DNA from: Yuukianura sp. NJ FZ-2021
Lineage: Eukaryota
Reading direction: 5' to 3'
DNA length: 64,000 nucleotides
NCBI GenBank assembly: GCA_046563655.1
Contig: CM102290.1
Coordinates: forward strand, 12,772,001-12,836,000
The first letter of the stretch is position 1; each line of letters begins with the position of its first letter. A program made the translations under genes and the position numbers. The notes beneath the pieces are model-generated. The model made no database searches. It was given only the letters and a program-made list of their open reading frames with translations, and was not told where the DNA came from. Shown here in pieces: positions 46,371 through 60,353 of this stretch.

Positions 46371-48765
46371 TTGAAATGCTAGGTCTGAAGTTGAACGGCT
46401 TTATCACTTGAAGGACATTAAAGATTTCGAAGCATTTTTCCTTTGAGCACAACGTTGACGCATTAATTAACCAAACATAAGATTAAATCACTATAAAATC
46501 ATGCTTAGACTTGCTTATATTATGGCCGCTTGCTCTCCGTCCATAATGAAAATACGGCTCTCCAGTTGCTACAGATGTTCGCACCCGCTTCCTACCCACT
46601 ATTCTTTTAGATGAGTGCGCGGCAAACCGTCCCTTTCTACTTTCTACAATTGAAGTATTGTTTTTTTTTAAATGTTTTTATGTGTTTATATATTATTTTT
46701 TTCAACACTTAAAAATTTCTACTTCCGTGAAGGTTTTAATTACTTGAGAAAAATGGAGCCGTCTTTCGACCTCGTCTTTTTGGCAAAGTGTTTTCACTTT
46801 AAGCTGATTTCTTGACATCCTTTTCCACTTTAGTCAACCTAGCCCAGTGTTCCCAGTTTCGGTCGCTTTTCAGAATTTGTCTCTCAAGTGATCGAAATGC
46901 GCTTTGCGAATGCGTCAGGGGACGAGTCTGATAAATTTCAAACCAAACGTTTCTTTTCTTTTGCTATTTTTTTATTTTCATGCTCAGCTGTCACAATTGA
47001 GTTTAGTAAGCAGGTAAAATTAATTGGTTTACCTCTGAAATACATAGCTTTCATCAATTCCTAATTCCAAATCTTCATAACGAGTCATCAATGATGACTC
47101 ATCATTGACTTATGATTGATAAGTTAATCACATCATACCATTCTATTCCGTTCAGTGATTTAATCAGTGGCAAGGAGTAACTGATGGATATATTTTAATA
47201 GAAGTATTCTTTACCTACAACGTGGCATATCCTTCACCGAAAATGTCCCAGTGCTTGTTTTTTACAATATCTGTGCCATGTCGGTGACGCAGTAACACAA
47301 GTTATGGTTAGGAAGTTACCTCCTAAAAATAAAAGTTGAACTAGAGATCCCCGGAAAACAAAGTCATTCTTTCTCCGGACAAAACAAGCGCTGCTCTTTC
47401 GTTGTCATTTCACAAACCGAACACATATACGATAACGACGATTGAGAAATATCTAGCTGTGTACCAATGTCCAATTGTCTGGGTCAGTTCACACGCCAAA
47501 GAGACCACATTCAAAAATCTGGAAGATATGAACCACACAGTGCCATCGATATTCGAAACAACGCTGAAACGATGAAACCGGGAACACCATCGTAACCTGA
47601 CCGCAGCGTTCTAACCCATTGCTGAATTTTTGCCCACTTCTCATAATTAACTCTTCTACCCTTCTAATTTTACTGACTTTAAACGTCTTACATCACTGTA
47701 CTTATTTTACTTATTTGACTATAAGTTTTTTTTATTCCTTTTATTACTTTTAACCTAAACGAGCTGCAGGATTTGTAATTGATAGGGCAAATGGCCAAAT
47801 CAGATAATAATTGATTGATTGATTGATATCTAACTGCGTGAGAAACAACTGACTCTTATTTGAGTATTGAAATTGCTAGTACTTTCATAATTTCGGAAAC
47901 AGAAGTGGTGTCAGCCTGCGCTGGCTGACATTGGTTGCACAGGCACCGACAAGACATGTCCGCTGTCTCGGCACCCTTGATTGATGTCGAGATTAATCTA
48001 AAACTCAACTAATAGTATTTGAACAGCTACCTAAAGCTGTTTCTGATAATTTACAACTCTTCCTTACGCATTTTGTACTTTGAGTCCACAAATTCAAATA
48101 AATTTGCGCCCAGTTTTGGTTGAAATAAGTTTCGGTCATTTCAGTCGACTGAAAGGGGTCGAGCCGAAATACTCAAATATAACTTTTGGGCGGACCCTGA
48201 ACTGGCCGCGCATAATTGCCCCTTGACGTGTCGACATTGTTAATGGTCAATGGCAATTATGCTTGGTTTCACCAAATTGAGGGTTGGGAGTGTATCCTTT
48301 CTTTTGTGACCCCTCCGCAGCCAAAGTGCAGGGACGCTCGCTCAGCAGTCACAAAAGAAAGGTAGCAAAAAAAATACACAGAACGCACAAATACTAGCTG
48401 AAACGGAGCATAATTTGTGGTTAACAATTCGTGACGTGAATCTAAAAGCGTTACACAGAGATAGAAGTTTTCACCGTTATCTTTAGCCCGACCTGTGACC
48501 TCAGCGGAGGGTAACAGGGCCATACTTAATAGGGCAAAAACCTTCCCCCTTATGACGCTGAACAACTTTCGTAGAGGTCATTTTCGGGCTTCTCTGAGGT
48601 CAGTTTCCCCAAAAGTACCCAGAAAATTTCCAATACATGGGAGGGCATGGGGTTGGACTTAAAAATTTCGAGTGCGTTAAAGGTGGTCCGCTCCACCCGT
48701 GCTACGGTGTTGCGATGGAAGGTGACGAAAACCACTTCTAAAAAGATTTCATTGTTCTTAACAGG

Positions 48766-49089
48766 GTGGTTGTTCGAGGCAAGAATCCGGCGTCGGGAAC
48801 ATCGAAAAGGTCCACTGGGAGAGGCTTACGCAAGTCATCGTTGAATGTGTCCACAAAATTGTGCCCACTGGAGTTGAAAGTCAAGATGGTTCGTGTGACC
48901 ATTCCGGAAAAGAAATTGAAGCAAACTCCATTGAAGCAAACTAAGAAGTACGAAGTGTTGAAGAGAAAGCTTTGTCCGAAAGATTTGGTCATTATGCTGG
49001 AGAGGCATTTCCCGGTGCAGAGCAGTGATGAGGTTCTGGAGACTCCCGTGCTTCGACACAAACGTACTACGCGTTCGTCGCAGCGTTGA
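48766..49089 (+). other. Lys/Arg-rich 107-codon open frame, possible terminal exon or element-borne ORF
   Basis: Preceded by a pyrimidine-rich acceptor-like ttcttaacag ending at about 48764. Higher GC. No recognised domain. Confidence 0.3.
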
Positions 49090-49763
49090 AGCCATGATTG
49101 TTCCCACTACTGTACCCATACTACACATTTTTTCTTCTTGTGTAATGATTTTGTAGTTGTCTTTTAATTCGGCATTTCTTAGTGAATAAGATACTACTAA
49201 GTGAGATAAAATAAGCAGTTAGAAAAGCGTTCAGTCTAGTTCTAGTTGTATTTCATTAGAATCGTTCATTTGTAACATGCAAATCTTGCTAAAGGTCGGT
49301 TCTTGGAATAGTCGGATTCTGGAGCGACGTACAATTCCTCATTGCCTGTCAAGTCAGCTTTGCTCGGACTTCCTCGGGAAGAAGTTACGTATCGTATCAA
49401 CCGTTACTATACCAAACCAATCCTAACCATTGACAGAAGTACACCCTCGAGTATGTTAAGTGTTAGCTTCTGTTCAGATATAATTTCTAAAAATTCTGAG
49501 GAGTCTGGTTTCCGACGTTTAGCCAGACCCCGCGAACTTGCGGCGGCTTAATGTATATGTAAGGCTGAGACTGAACGGAATGAAGGAAATCAAATTGGAG
49601 TACACGTGCCCTACAATTGAAGTTATTAAGTAACGTAAGTTACTTTATTCTGCTTGTGAAACTTGTCGGAGCGTTCAAACGATTTTCAAGGTTACGTTCT
49701 GGAGCTGCAGTATTAGAATAATTAGTATTTTTGAGTACTGTTCCTGCTAAACGTAAGCACAAC

Positions 49764-50805
49764 ATGCCGAGACTCCATAAGTTAAGACGTCGACAGAAGT
49801 TCCAGTACAACCTTAACCGGAAACAGTTGAACAAAAAGAAAGAGAAACTACCCACTATAAAATGGTAAGAGCTTTGACAGTTGGTTGATAGTTAACTTCA
49901 TTTTCCAGTAAATCGGGTGAAGTGGATAGGATATCATATTAGGAGTACAGTTAGGTAGAATAATGCTGACGTATCGAAATCCATTATAAGAACCAAGAAC
50001 CTCCGTGTTTTACAACGAAATGAAACCTAACCTCAAATGCAACTACTGAGCATTGTTAGTTTTCATGATGTGAAGTCTAAATGAATGTTGTTTCGTATTT
50101 TTGGATAGTAACCTAATCAGGAAGGCTTGGAACGAACGGAAAAGCCTGAACGATAATCTAACGTCAATGGGACTTATTGCAGACACCAATGCTCATCCGA
50201 GTTTTAGAATTTCCTCTGGAAAGGTGACATACATATAATATAGTAATACTTATTCAGTGCTGGAATACTTACCTGTGACCGCCCTACTGTGGTGGGATTC
50301 TAACGCTTGTTTTCTTGATTGTGAATTTTTAGCAACAAATGATGCCGGCGAAGGAATCGGTTAATGTAGCAGATCAAGCTCCCTCGTCCGCTCCACCTCA
50401 GCGTAACGTTGTGGATTTACTGCAGGAAGAAGCAAAATCTAGCTTTCAGTCCAAGAAAGCCGTTGCTCATCCTATTCCAAAACCAATGCTGAAAAAGTTA
50501 ACCGGGTGGATAGACAAATACGGCGAAGACTATGATGTAATTCTTTAAAATATTTACTCATACCAATACCTAGTTTAGATGAGTTGGATTATCGGGTTAT
50601 AATAATGGTGTGTTTTTTCTCTCAACTCTAGGCTATGTCTCGTGATTTTTCAAATTACAACCAGGAAACTCCGGCTCAAATTCGTTCTCAGATTAACCGA
50701 CTCAAAAAAATTCCGCAGCAGTGGATACCGTACTTGAAGCGTCGTGGATTATTACAAGAATCTACCGAGCCTGCTTCACCGGATACTAGTATGGAAGGGA
50801 AATGA
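49764..50805 (+). CDS. NOP16: Nucleolar protein 16; exons approx. 49764-49864, 50109-50223, 50333-50536, 50632-50805
   Basis: Spliced translation KFQYNLNRKQLNKK..IKCNLIRKAWNERKSLNDNLTSMGL..IDKYGEDYDAMSRDFSNYNQETPAQIR matches the Nop16 family. Confidence 0.93.
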
Positions 50806-51346
50806 TTTTAGGACCTGAGACATGTTCATCTTATATTAGAGGAACATTCGTGCATTACTAACTTCAAAACTCTAAGATGATTTGACGAATTGTAAATGTG
50901 GGTACTGTTTCACGTTAACGACGGCATAAAATGTAAACCTTCATAGAATTTTAGTAGAGTAAGAATTCAGGACATTTTTACGCGTGGTTTTGTATGAGGT
51001 ATATGACGCAAAAATAAACTTTATAAGCACAGTGTTGGTGATGACTTATTCAAAAACCAATGTCCATAAGATTCGTCGTGATTAGCACGAGATTTTCTCG
51101 TTGAATTTTGTAATGGACGAGACTCTCGCCGATCCACTAATTTTCATAGTTGGAAAAACGTTTCCATTTTGTTACTCGTGTCGGTGTACTGCAACATCTG
51201 GCATCTTGATAATAAATATTTCACTCAGCATACCCTCACTCTGTCTCTACCGAACCGAAGGCAAGACAGCCACTTGAACAAGAACTGCATCAGATCTATT
51301 CTTTACTAACTAGTGAGTCAGCTGACGATCGATTCGCTGCTGCTGT

Positions 51347-54300
51347 TTGCGTGTTGTCTGTAGTCGTGTACTAACAAAAGTCATCCTCGTCGTCGTGATG
51401 ATGGGGGGCCTGAATACGGATGGTGGCTGGACAGTTCATACCACTACAACGGGATACTCGGCAGCTAAAGGAGCATCCATTATGGGTAACTTGATCATTC
51501 CGTCTAGATTTCTCTGGAAACTGTCTTGTTCAATGTATGTGGACCTGGAGTATTCCTTTGTTTTTACTAATTCAGCCATCTTCGAAGGCAAAGGACACAG
51601 CAAGGGCGAGGTAGGAATCGCTACTTTGGATTTACACCTTCCGAGGCTAGCCATTTGTCAATTCCACGATACACAGTCATATGCAAAAGTGCTGGCGAAG
51701 ATAAACGTTTTCAACCCCCTTGAGGTAATCAGAATTTAAAACCGCCGTGCTTTAGTGTGATCAACTCCGAACTTAATGTGCACTTATGTTTTTAGATCCT
51801 AATGACTGCATCGGTTTGTGAACATACGGGTGAACCGAGTCGGTTGTATTTGCAAATTAAAAAGGAATTTCCACAAGCAACTATCGTACCTCTGCAACGG
51901 AAGATATTTAACGATGGAATTGGGATCCAAAAGTTGCAGTACGTTACTCACCGAGAGTTTGAGTCTGTAATTCACAACGTATCTCAGAAGTACTTCGCCT
52001 TAGCTGCCCTTGCCGCCCTGCTCAAGTATATTGAGCTGGTCAAAAACGTGATTTTTCCAGCCAATTCTCTCAAGCTGGAGTTTCAACTACCGGAAAAGAC
52101 AATGGTGATTGGTATGGTCAAGCTTTACTTAATCCTGTCTAAGCTTCCATCCAAGCATGATTAACTTTTGTTTATCCTCGAAAGATTACACCACATCGCA
52201 GCATCTCGAGCTCCTCAGAAACAATCTTAGCCTGAAGTCTTCGCATTGTTTGTTTGGAATTGTCAACCACTGCAGGACTCCCGGTGGATCGCGTTCTCTA
52301 CGAGCAAACATTCTACAGCCAATGTACGATGTTGATATGATTTCAAAACGTCTGGATTGTATTCAAGAGCTGAGGAACAACCCCATGATGCTGTACGATT
52401 TGTTGGTAATCCTTCTTCAACACTGAGTTAACTTCGCAGTACAAAGGTCTTGGATTACTAAAAGTCACATGATGCAATGCTGTTTTCAGAGCGGGCTAAA
52501 TGAACTACCTCAAGATATGGAGCATGTAGTAGCCACATTGATTCATATCCCAAAAGTCCCGAGTCCGCGTGTACTTGAACAAAGGATCAACTACATAATA
52601 TTCCTCAAGCAAACCCTGGCGTGTCTGCCGAAGTTTGTTGAAATTCTGGCGAACGGACAGCATCTTTTCTTTCATAGTGCTCGCCAGGTCAGTGTCTTCA
52701 ACACTAATGAGTTGGATTTAACATACTTAAGCTAGTTTTGTATCAGTTTTATTGCTATCGTTCCAGGAGTTTCTCAGCGAAACATTTACGAAAATGGAGA
52801 GCCGAATTCGCAAGGTGATCACTGAGGAATCACGATTTACTAAAGGCGGAATAGCAATGCGGGTACAAAGGACGTTTGCAATCAACTCTGGCATTAATCC
52901 TTTTCTGGACATCGCTCGGAAAGCATTAACGGAACTTCAAGAAGATACTTCACGTGAGCGTCCATTACAATCAATAGGAAACAGGAGTAACTAAAACTTT
53001 AAGTTAATTAGTAGGAACTACTAATGTACTTTTGTACTAAATTTGATATTTTACAGGGTATGTCTCAGATCTCTCAGCAACTCATCAAATGACTTTCCGA
53101 CTCATGGAAAATGCAAGTCGGGGATATTACTTGCAAACTGTACTGCCAGCACAAGGCTCAGAACATCAAACATTTTCGGAGGAATTCCTCAACGTGAGCC
53201 ACCTTTCTAACTGTCATTGGAGCTATAAACATTAAGTAAACCTAAAGCTTATCGAATTCGTTTGCACAGCTAACAAGGAAGAACAACACTATCACGTTCA
53301 CAACCCAAGCGTTGTTACTCAGTGAGCAGCGAATAAGCAGACTTCTTGAAGAAATTCACAACATCAGTAACATGTCTGTCACAAAAAAAAACATCGTAAA
53401 CCCCTTAGTGTGTGTTTTACTGTGATGAAACACGCATGACTGATTTTGGTTTAGAATCGTAACGGAGCTGATAAACGATATTCGCGAAGATGTTGGTTAC
53501 TTGTACAGAGTTAGCGATGCCATTTCGGAACTGGACATTTTGTATGCCTTGACAACTTACTCAATGACGTCAACTGCCGGAAGCATAACGAAACCAAGCT
53601 TCTCATTGGACTTCACAGCCATTAAAAGTGGACGCCACCCTGTACTGGACGTGGTTTCTTCCACTCCGCCGGTTTCGAACGACCTGGTATGTTATGGATA
53701 AGCTTAAAATCTAAACTCAAATTGGCATTTTGTCGACTTTGCTTTCTTTTATAGTTTATGTCGCTTGACAGCAACGTGGCTATAATAACCGGTCCGAATA
53801 TGAGTGGCAAAACTACTATTTTGAAACAAATTGCTACTTTACAAGTATTGGCACAGGTTAGTTTGAATACTTCATAGTTCATATGCGTCATTAGAGCATC
53901 ATTTGCGTACCAAAGTTAGCAGTTTCATAGCAATTTTTTTTGTTAATGGTTATTTCAGATTGGCTCCTTTGTACCAGCTGAGTCAGCAACATTTCGTTTG
54001 ACGAATCAAATTTTTTCTCGTATTGGTACCGGGGACAAACTTGAAGAGAGCGCCAGTTCATTTGTCGTTGAGGTATTAAAAAAAATAGTGTCGGCGTTGT
54101 CTAAATTTTTGAAACACTGCTATTTTATGAAAAACTCCGCTTTTTAAAAATTAATTTCATAGATGCGGGAAATGAACTACATTTTGGACAACATGACAAG
54201 CAGATCGCTGGTGATAGTAGACGAATTGGGCAGATCCACTTCAATTGACGAAGGAACTGCCATCTCATGGGCAATGGTTGAAACCTTGATGAAACGGAAC

Positions 54301-55192
54301 GCATTCATTTTCTTTGCAACTCACTACCTTTTCCTGACGAAACTGGAGTCGTTGTATCCAAATGTCTTGAAGTGAGTAATAATCGTCCCGAATGGCTCTA
54401 TCGTACATTAATTTCCTGTTCATCTTAAATACTAATTATTCAAACTTATTTAGCTACAAACTGGACACACTAGAGACCTTTGACAACCGCGATGCTAATG
54501 ATGAGCAAAATGCTTTGGCTATTGAACCAAGTGTGGACCAAAGTCCCACTAGCGACATTTCGCGTTCGAAATTGGACTACACGCATGTCTTCAAGAGAGG
54601 AATTACTGATATTGAATACTACGGGCTTAAGTTGGCAAAGTCTTCGTCATTTCCAAGTTCCGTTATCCAGCGGGCCATTGTAATTGCAGCGGAAATTCAG
54701 GAAACGAGAACTGTAAGTCATTACGTTATGATCCGGTGATACCACCATCATGCTATTTCGAATTATGCCTAAAGGATTTGCAATTTATGAAGCAATTTTG
54801 CCAACTTGTTCGAAATGGAATGAAATATGTAAAGTTAGGATTCACGGCCTCTTTGTGATAGTGGATAAAAAAATTTTTTAGTAATAGTTTCAATGTGTAA
54901 TTGGTCACTCTAGCTTAATAAGTTGCTCAATCGTCTGTTCTCATTTGATAATTTGCTTCTGTTGCAGAGATCAGCAGAACGCCCTTCCTCCAAATCCCAG
55001 TTGCAGCGATTGCAGGATTTGGAATTTTCAAGAAAGCGTGTGCTGTACAGACTGGCCTGTCACCTCTACTTGCTCTGCTCATCTGGAGTTTTTCAAAAAA
55101 GCAGCCGATGGGAAATCCTCAGCTACTTCCAGAATTTACAAGATGAAATTAACAGCGTGATTCCAGTCGATGGCGGTCAGAGCCAAATGTAA
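51347..55192 (+). CDS. MSH4: MutS homolog 4 (meiotic MutS-gamma subunit), multi-exon; true start uncertain, possibly as far upstream as the ATG at 51113
   Basis: [31 protein letters not shown] (MSH4-type N-terminus), [23 protein letters not shown], Walker [30 protein letters not shown], Walker [14 protein letters not shown] and YGLKLA. No mismatch-binding domain I seen. Confidence 0.93.
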
Positions 55193-57167
55193 GCTATAAG
55201 GATGCTTTTTAAACAACGTTTTTAGTACGTTTTAGTATTTACAGCTCCATTTCCGGATTTCCTGGCTTATTGTTAGCAATTTGTTACATGAAAATACTTC
55301 CAATGAATCCGTGGATTTACGGTAATACCGTAAATGTTTTACCGGCCCTGAGGTCCCTGCTCCCTCTTGCTGTCATTTCCCTTACCCAAATGCGCACTTC
55401 GGCTCATCTCGTCCTGTAAATTCGTGCCTTGTAATCTTGTATGTTCCGTGTTTCCCCATGCATGTTCAAAGCTAAACCGTGCTTGCTTGTACTAAAGTCA
55501 GTTTTGTGTGAGAACGAGTGAATGTGATTTGATTGCGGTTTCGTTATTTCACAATTTCCAAGTAATCAGTTGCACAACCCAGAAGGAAGTGGAGTAGTAT
55601 TGAGTTTGATCTGGATCCTTCCTGACTTGTTATACGGACCCACCGACTTCCTTTTTAGTTGCCTGTTTCCAGATCCAGACTAGTTAAGTTGAAATACTAA
55701 CCAATACTTCGGTTTTTACGGAACTACCAACCATTTGCTTATTTACCACATTGCAAAGTTACCTCTAAGTCAAATCGTCAGTTTAACGTCGTCTACTGGT
55801 CAAAAACCGAATAATGGATACAGAGCTCCTGTGTGCTTTTCATTTTCAACGTGGCTTTAGGTAGATTCCTCTTACCTAACCTTAAACTCCATCGTTACTC
55901 TATTCTTAATCCTGATTTTTCTAGTCCTAGTCTAATATCTCTGTCCGCCATTTTCCATTTTAGTGAAACCTAACCCATGTCACTCATTACACCGTGCCAA
56001 GGACCTCATTTTTCCTATGACCTTTCTCCTTTCCTCAACTCGGTTTTTCCTTTAAACTAAAAACCACTTTCCTTAACCTCGCCATTTCTTCCAGTCCGTC
56101 TGTATTGTCCCTCATTATATTCTTAATCGCTGAAAAGCTGAAATCCTCGCCTAACGCTGATCAAACCCAGGGAAACACTGCTGCGCTGCCTCAGATTATC
56201 GAAAGTCGGGTGGATTTGGATTAACTTAAGCTGCTGCACGTAAATACCGGCACATTTTCTAGAATCCACCAACCAGTACATTGAGGTAAGTAAAGTTGCG
56301 GATACATTCTTAATTTTAATTTTCAACGCACTTACTTGACTTCTAATCGGAAATTAAGCCTGGAGATTGTAGGACTTCAAATTTATTATTGCTAGAACTC
56401 AAAACAAAACCCACATAGTACCGGTTTTTAATCAAATGCATCGTGACGTTAAGCTCCAAACCAAGTTTATGCAAACGTATTTTGTAACATAAGCAGCCAT
56501 TTAGTTTTGGGCGGTAAACACTTTTGGATCTAATTAACACACCCGTCCAGTTTAGTCTCAATTTAAGCCATAAAATTACGGAAGAATGGATGGTGGAGCT
56601 ACCAGTGATAGTTAGAACGGAAAAATACAGGATCGATTAGTTGGCGAGCCTCCATGTAGTAGTTATGGAAATTTTTGCGGTTTCATGAAGTGACGTAGGC
56701 TAAATGGAGCTATTAACGTAAATGGAGTCATTTAAAAAAAGAGGTGTGAACTGATTTTAGTTAAACTCCACTTTTATGCCACTTATGCCAATTGTATGGG
56801 AAATACCGACCAAAATATAAAAAGAGGTTTATAAAGTCACATCATGCGATGTAATTATACATTCTTTCAAGGCGTCAAATCCAGCTTATGTATATACTGA
56901 CTGTTTTGTTTCTCCATGAAACCGATTTGTTAACTACAGAATTATGATTTATTAGCTACTTACCGTAAATTGTCTAATAATAAGCGCCTATTCTAACTTT
57001 AACTGTATATATTCTTATAACTTAATGATGACGAGTGGCTATTAGCATAGGGCGAAACTTAGGTTAGATAGTTGAAGTATTATTGATTACTAATCGTTGA
57101 GATTTACTTCGATTACCGATTTGCTCATTATGTATATTTCGTACAGATTGAGCAAAACTAAAGAGAG

Positions 57168-60100
57168 ATGGACTCCGCTGATTGCCATGAGAAGTCTCTG
57201 CCCGAAATGGGTATACCGCGTTGGATGAACAAGACTACTGCAAGGTACTTCTGAATACTGATGGATACTTCTAATGCATACTGGATGTGTCAACTTGTAG
57301 ATCATGTTCATGACTTAATTCTATCTTAATAGGTATACTTACGCCGACATTTGTGCTTCTCCTCCTTCGAATGAGGACGGATTCATGCACATCAGTCGCC
57401 ATCGCTCACCTCTGGCCAACCCTACATCTGACGGAAATGGTGAGACTAATCGAATTTTAATCCTGGAATGAATCTTTTCTTTATGCAGCTTTACCGATTT
57501 ACACTCAATTTAACTTCATGTATCCTTTTTCTAATCGAAACAGGCCAACCATGCTTTCAAAACAAGAACAACTACTCGTCTCCAAATTCTGACAGCAGCA
57601 TCTCCGAGACGGTGTCCACGAAACGACAATTTCCAGAAGGATTTCGTTTTGGCCAGGGTTCACAAATCGTTTTGGCCAAGCAGGATTGCGGTGCATCAAA
57701 GGAAGCTTCGAATTTTTACAAAACAGTGGCAACTACTCCGTCTTCTTCAACGCTCGTTAACTTGGCATTGGCATCCCAAACTGTTGGCGCACTGCCTCAG
57801 GCTACTCCGAAACAACTTTCGGCAGAAACTGCTACTTCGGGAATCGGAATTGAAGCGATGGATAAATTTGCTTCCAAGAAGAACATAACATCGCTGGACT
57901 CGACCGTACCTTCTGAGGATCCAATGAAAACTACAGTAAGGCCTTTGTTTTTTTAGTCCATTACGTAACTGACGGCAAATAAGCTGGGCGTGTTGTTTAC
58001 CACAATTGAAAAAATTGGTGTCAAAACTCAGCAACAACCGTATATCCTTCATACTGCTCTCTGAAACGTGCCGAGGAAAATTTTTTATTGCAATTTACTG
58101 CGTCAGTAGACTGTTGTTGTTTTTGTGGAAGAGCAAGGTGAGATGAGAACATAACCTAAATAGATCGGTGTTGAATGTTTATCATTCAATCGTTCACGTA
58201 AACGAGTGACGTTAACATGATAAACATTGACATCTCAACCTGGTTTGTTCAACCTTGACGAAAGTGGGCGAAACGGATTGTTTTCAGTTTTTTTTTTGCT
58301 GAAGTTTTTTTTTTAATTTCGGTTGCTATAGACTCTGTTTAGTTACCTCAGCAGCGCTGTTTTTTAGACGGCTTAATTTGTTTATTTTTATTTTTTTCTG
58401 TATCTCTTTATTTCTGCTTCTATCTCCTAACAGATTTTTGCTAATAAACCAAAGGCCATGGAGGAAATGAGCGGCCCAGCGTCACAAGAACCGGTAGTTC
58501 CAACGCAAACGAAAATCAACGTTATCCTGACTTATCAACCTGAAGACGGAACGCCATCTACAACACCATCACAAACTCCGACATGTTCACCTCAGGTGCC
58601 CTTTACTTCTTTTTCTACTTTTGTTCTTTTTTCTTTTGCTTACAACTTTAAAAGCTGCAGTGTGCTTGTTAAGTCGTAAAACCTACTTTATGCATTGACC
58701 TTGTCTGTCGGGCCGGCTGTCCGTCAGTGGTGATTGTGTATGTCGGAAACAGATCAACATTTCCCGGATCTGTTTGCACCGTTGTACACCTAGTAACCTC
58801 GGGATGTTCACTTATTTAATGTTATGCCGGGGGGTCAACTTAACCATCCGGGTGAAAGGTCAAGGTCACCCGTTTCATCTCCGGTAACACGGAAAATGCC
58901 CTCTACAAAACTTATGTGTATGTGTATGTCATGTGAATCTAGGTGACCTTCCGGGTCAAAGGTCAACTTTTTCCGTTTACAATGCCCAAAGCCCAAGGTT
59001 AAGGTTCCGTTGCCGAACGGATTTTTCGGTACTTCCTTATACTCTGGTTTATTATTCTGGTGTGCCTTTGGATGAGAACTTCTTGTTTTCCTTATAAACT
59101 TTCCTTGAGGTTAGATTTCAAAGATTACTTCATCTTGACATCGACATAAACAACCCCGTCGCAGAAGGAAGTGGATTATAAAAGCAATGCACTTGTTTTG
59201 TTTGTCAAGATTAATTTTCGTGTAATTCCGCTGGTTGTGGATGATTAAGTGGCAGGTACAAGTTGTTAGTGAATGCTTTTATTTTACATTGAGATGTGAA
59301 TGGCATGAAACCTTGTTGACCTCTTAGGGTGACTGTTATAGAGGTCAAATCAATAAAGTGCTGGTAGCTGAGTCATCTCATGGAGGTCTACGATTAGTAG
59401 TAGTAGGCTCCTTGATGGTTGTCGTAAAGATGTTTGGACTTGCAGAGAAGGATCATCATCATCATCGTCCACAACAGCATTAAGTTGGTGATTTAATTCA
59501 GGTTGAGTGGCTGATTAATTGCGTCACAATGTTACGCCAGAAACTACGTACGTATATAAGTACACTCTACATTTGAAAAGGAAAGAACAGTTGAAAAATG
59601 TACTCTGGTTACAACAGCACTTTTCATTTCTAACACTCCGATAATTTTTTAGTAGTTGGTTCACTATTGACCAAAAGTTTTGGTGGGTCACATGACAGCA
59701 GTTGTAATCGCACCTTGGTGAATTGTGTAGTGAACTCTTTGACCTTTGTCACCACGAACTGTGTGATATAATTTTCTACGCTGAAAACTTAGGCATTTGT
59801 AAACCTCGTGTACAAGCAAATTGTTAAACTTATATTTTGGAACTTAAAGTCAATAAGATGTGGGACTTGGATTTCGATTGCAGAAGTGTAAGCAATTAAA
59901 TACAGAAGGGTAGATTAACTTGAGTTGTGTAATTATCAAGGGCTTTGATTTCAAGTGACGAAAAGACACTAATTCTCTGATTTTCTGAAAATTTCAGGTT
60001 GCTCGTCGTTCTGGTAATCCGTTTTTTAGTGGATCACAAGACAAATCTGGTCCAGGGAGCTGGTTGTTCCGATCTTCTTCTTCGCCCGTGTCATCACTCA

Positions 60101-60353
60101 ATGTAAATGGACATAACAATTTCAAAAACTGAAATGCTGATAAAATTTTGTAATTTTCAAAGTTAACTTTGTTTTTTTGTCGTTTTAGAAAAGTGACAAA
60201 AGTGAAGAATTTCGAAATTACTCGTACGAAGCTAGAGGAGAACTAGGCCAAGGTCGTTCTGTTGGAGGTAATTCGCAGCCGCAGAAGGGCAGGTTAGTTC
60301 CACGCCCGTCGGAACTACGTGAACTCAACTTTTGGTCTCCAACGTCAATGTAA
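57168..60353 (+). CDS. Six-exon low-complexity protein, probably p33MONOX/KIAA1191-like; exons approx. 57168-57244, 57333-57439, 57544-57935, 58434-58595, 59998-60102, 60189-60353
   Basis: All splice phases are compatible. TPSTTPSQTPTCSPQ..NPFFSGS..SWLFR and the C-terminus PRPSELRELNFWSPTSM recall the p33MONOX layout. The gene model is firmer than the name. Confidence 0.62.
58671..59050 (+). mobile_element. Diverged HINE-like element in an intron of the p33MONOX-like gene
   Basis: aagtcgtaaaacctactt hairpin-like start, tgtctgtc..ctgtccgtc tract, and ttccgggtcaaaggtcaa shared with 39606-39623. Confidence 0.55.
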
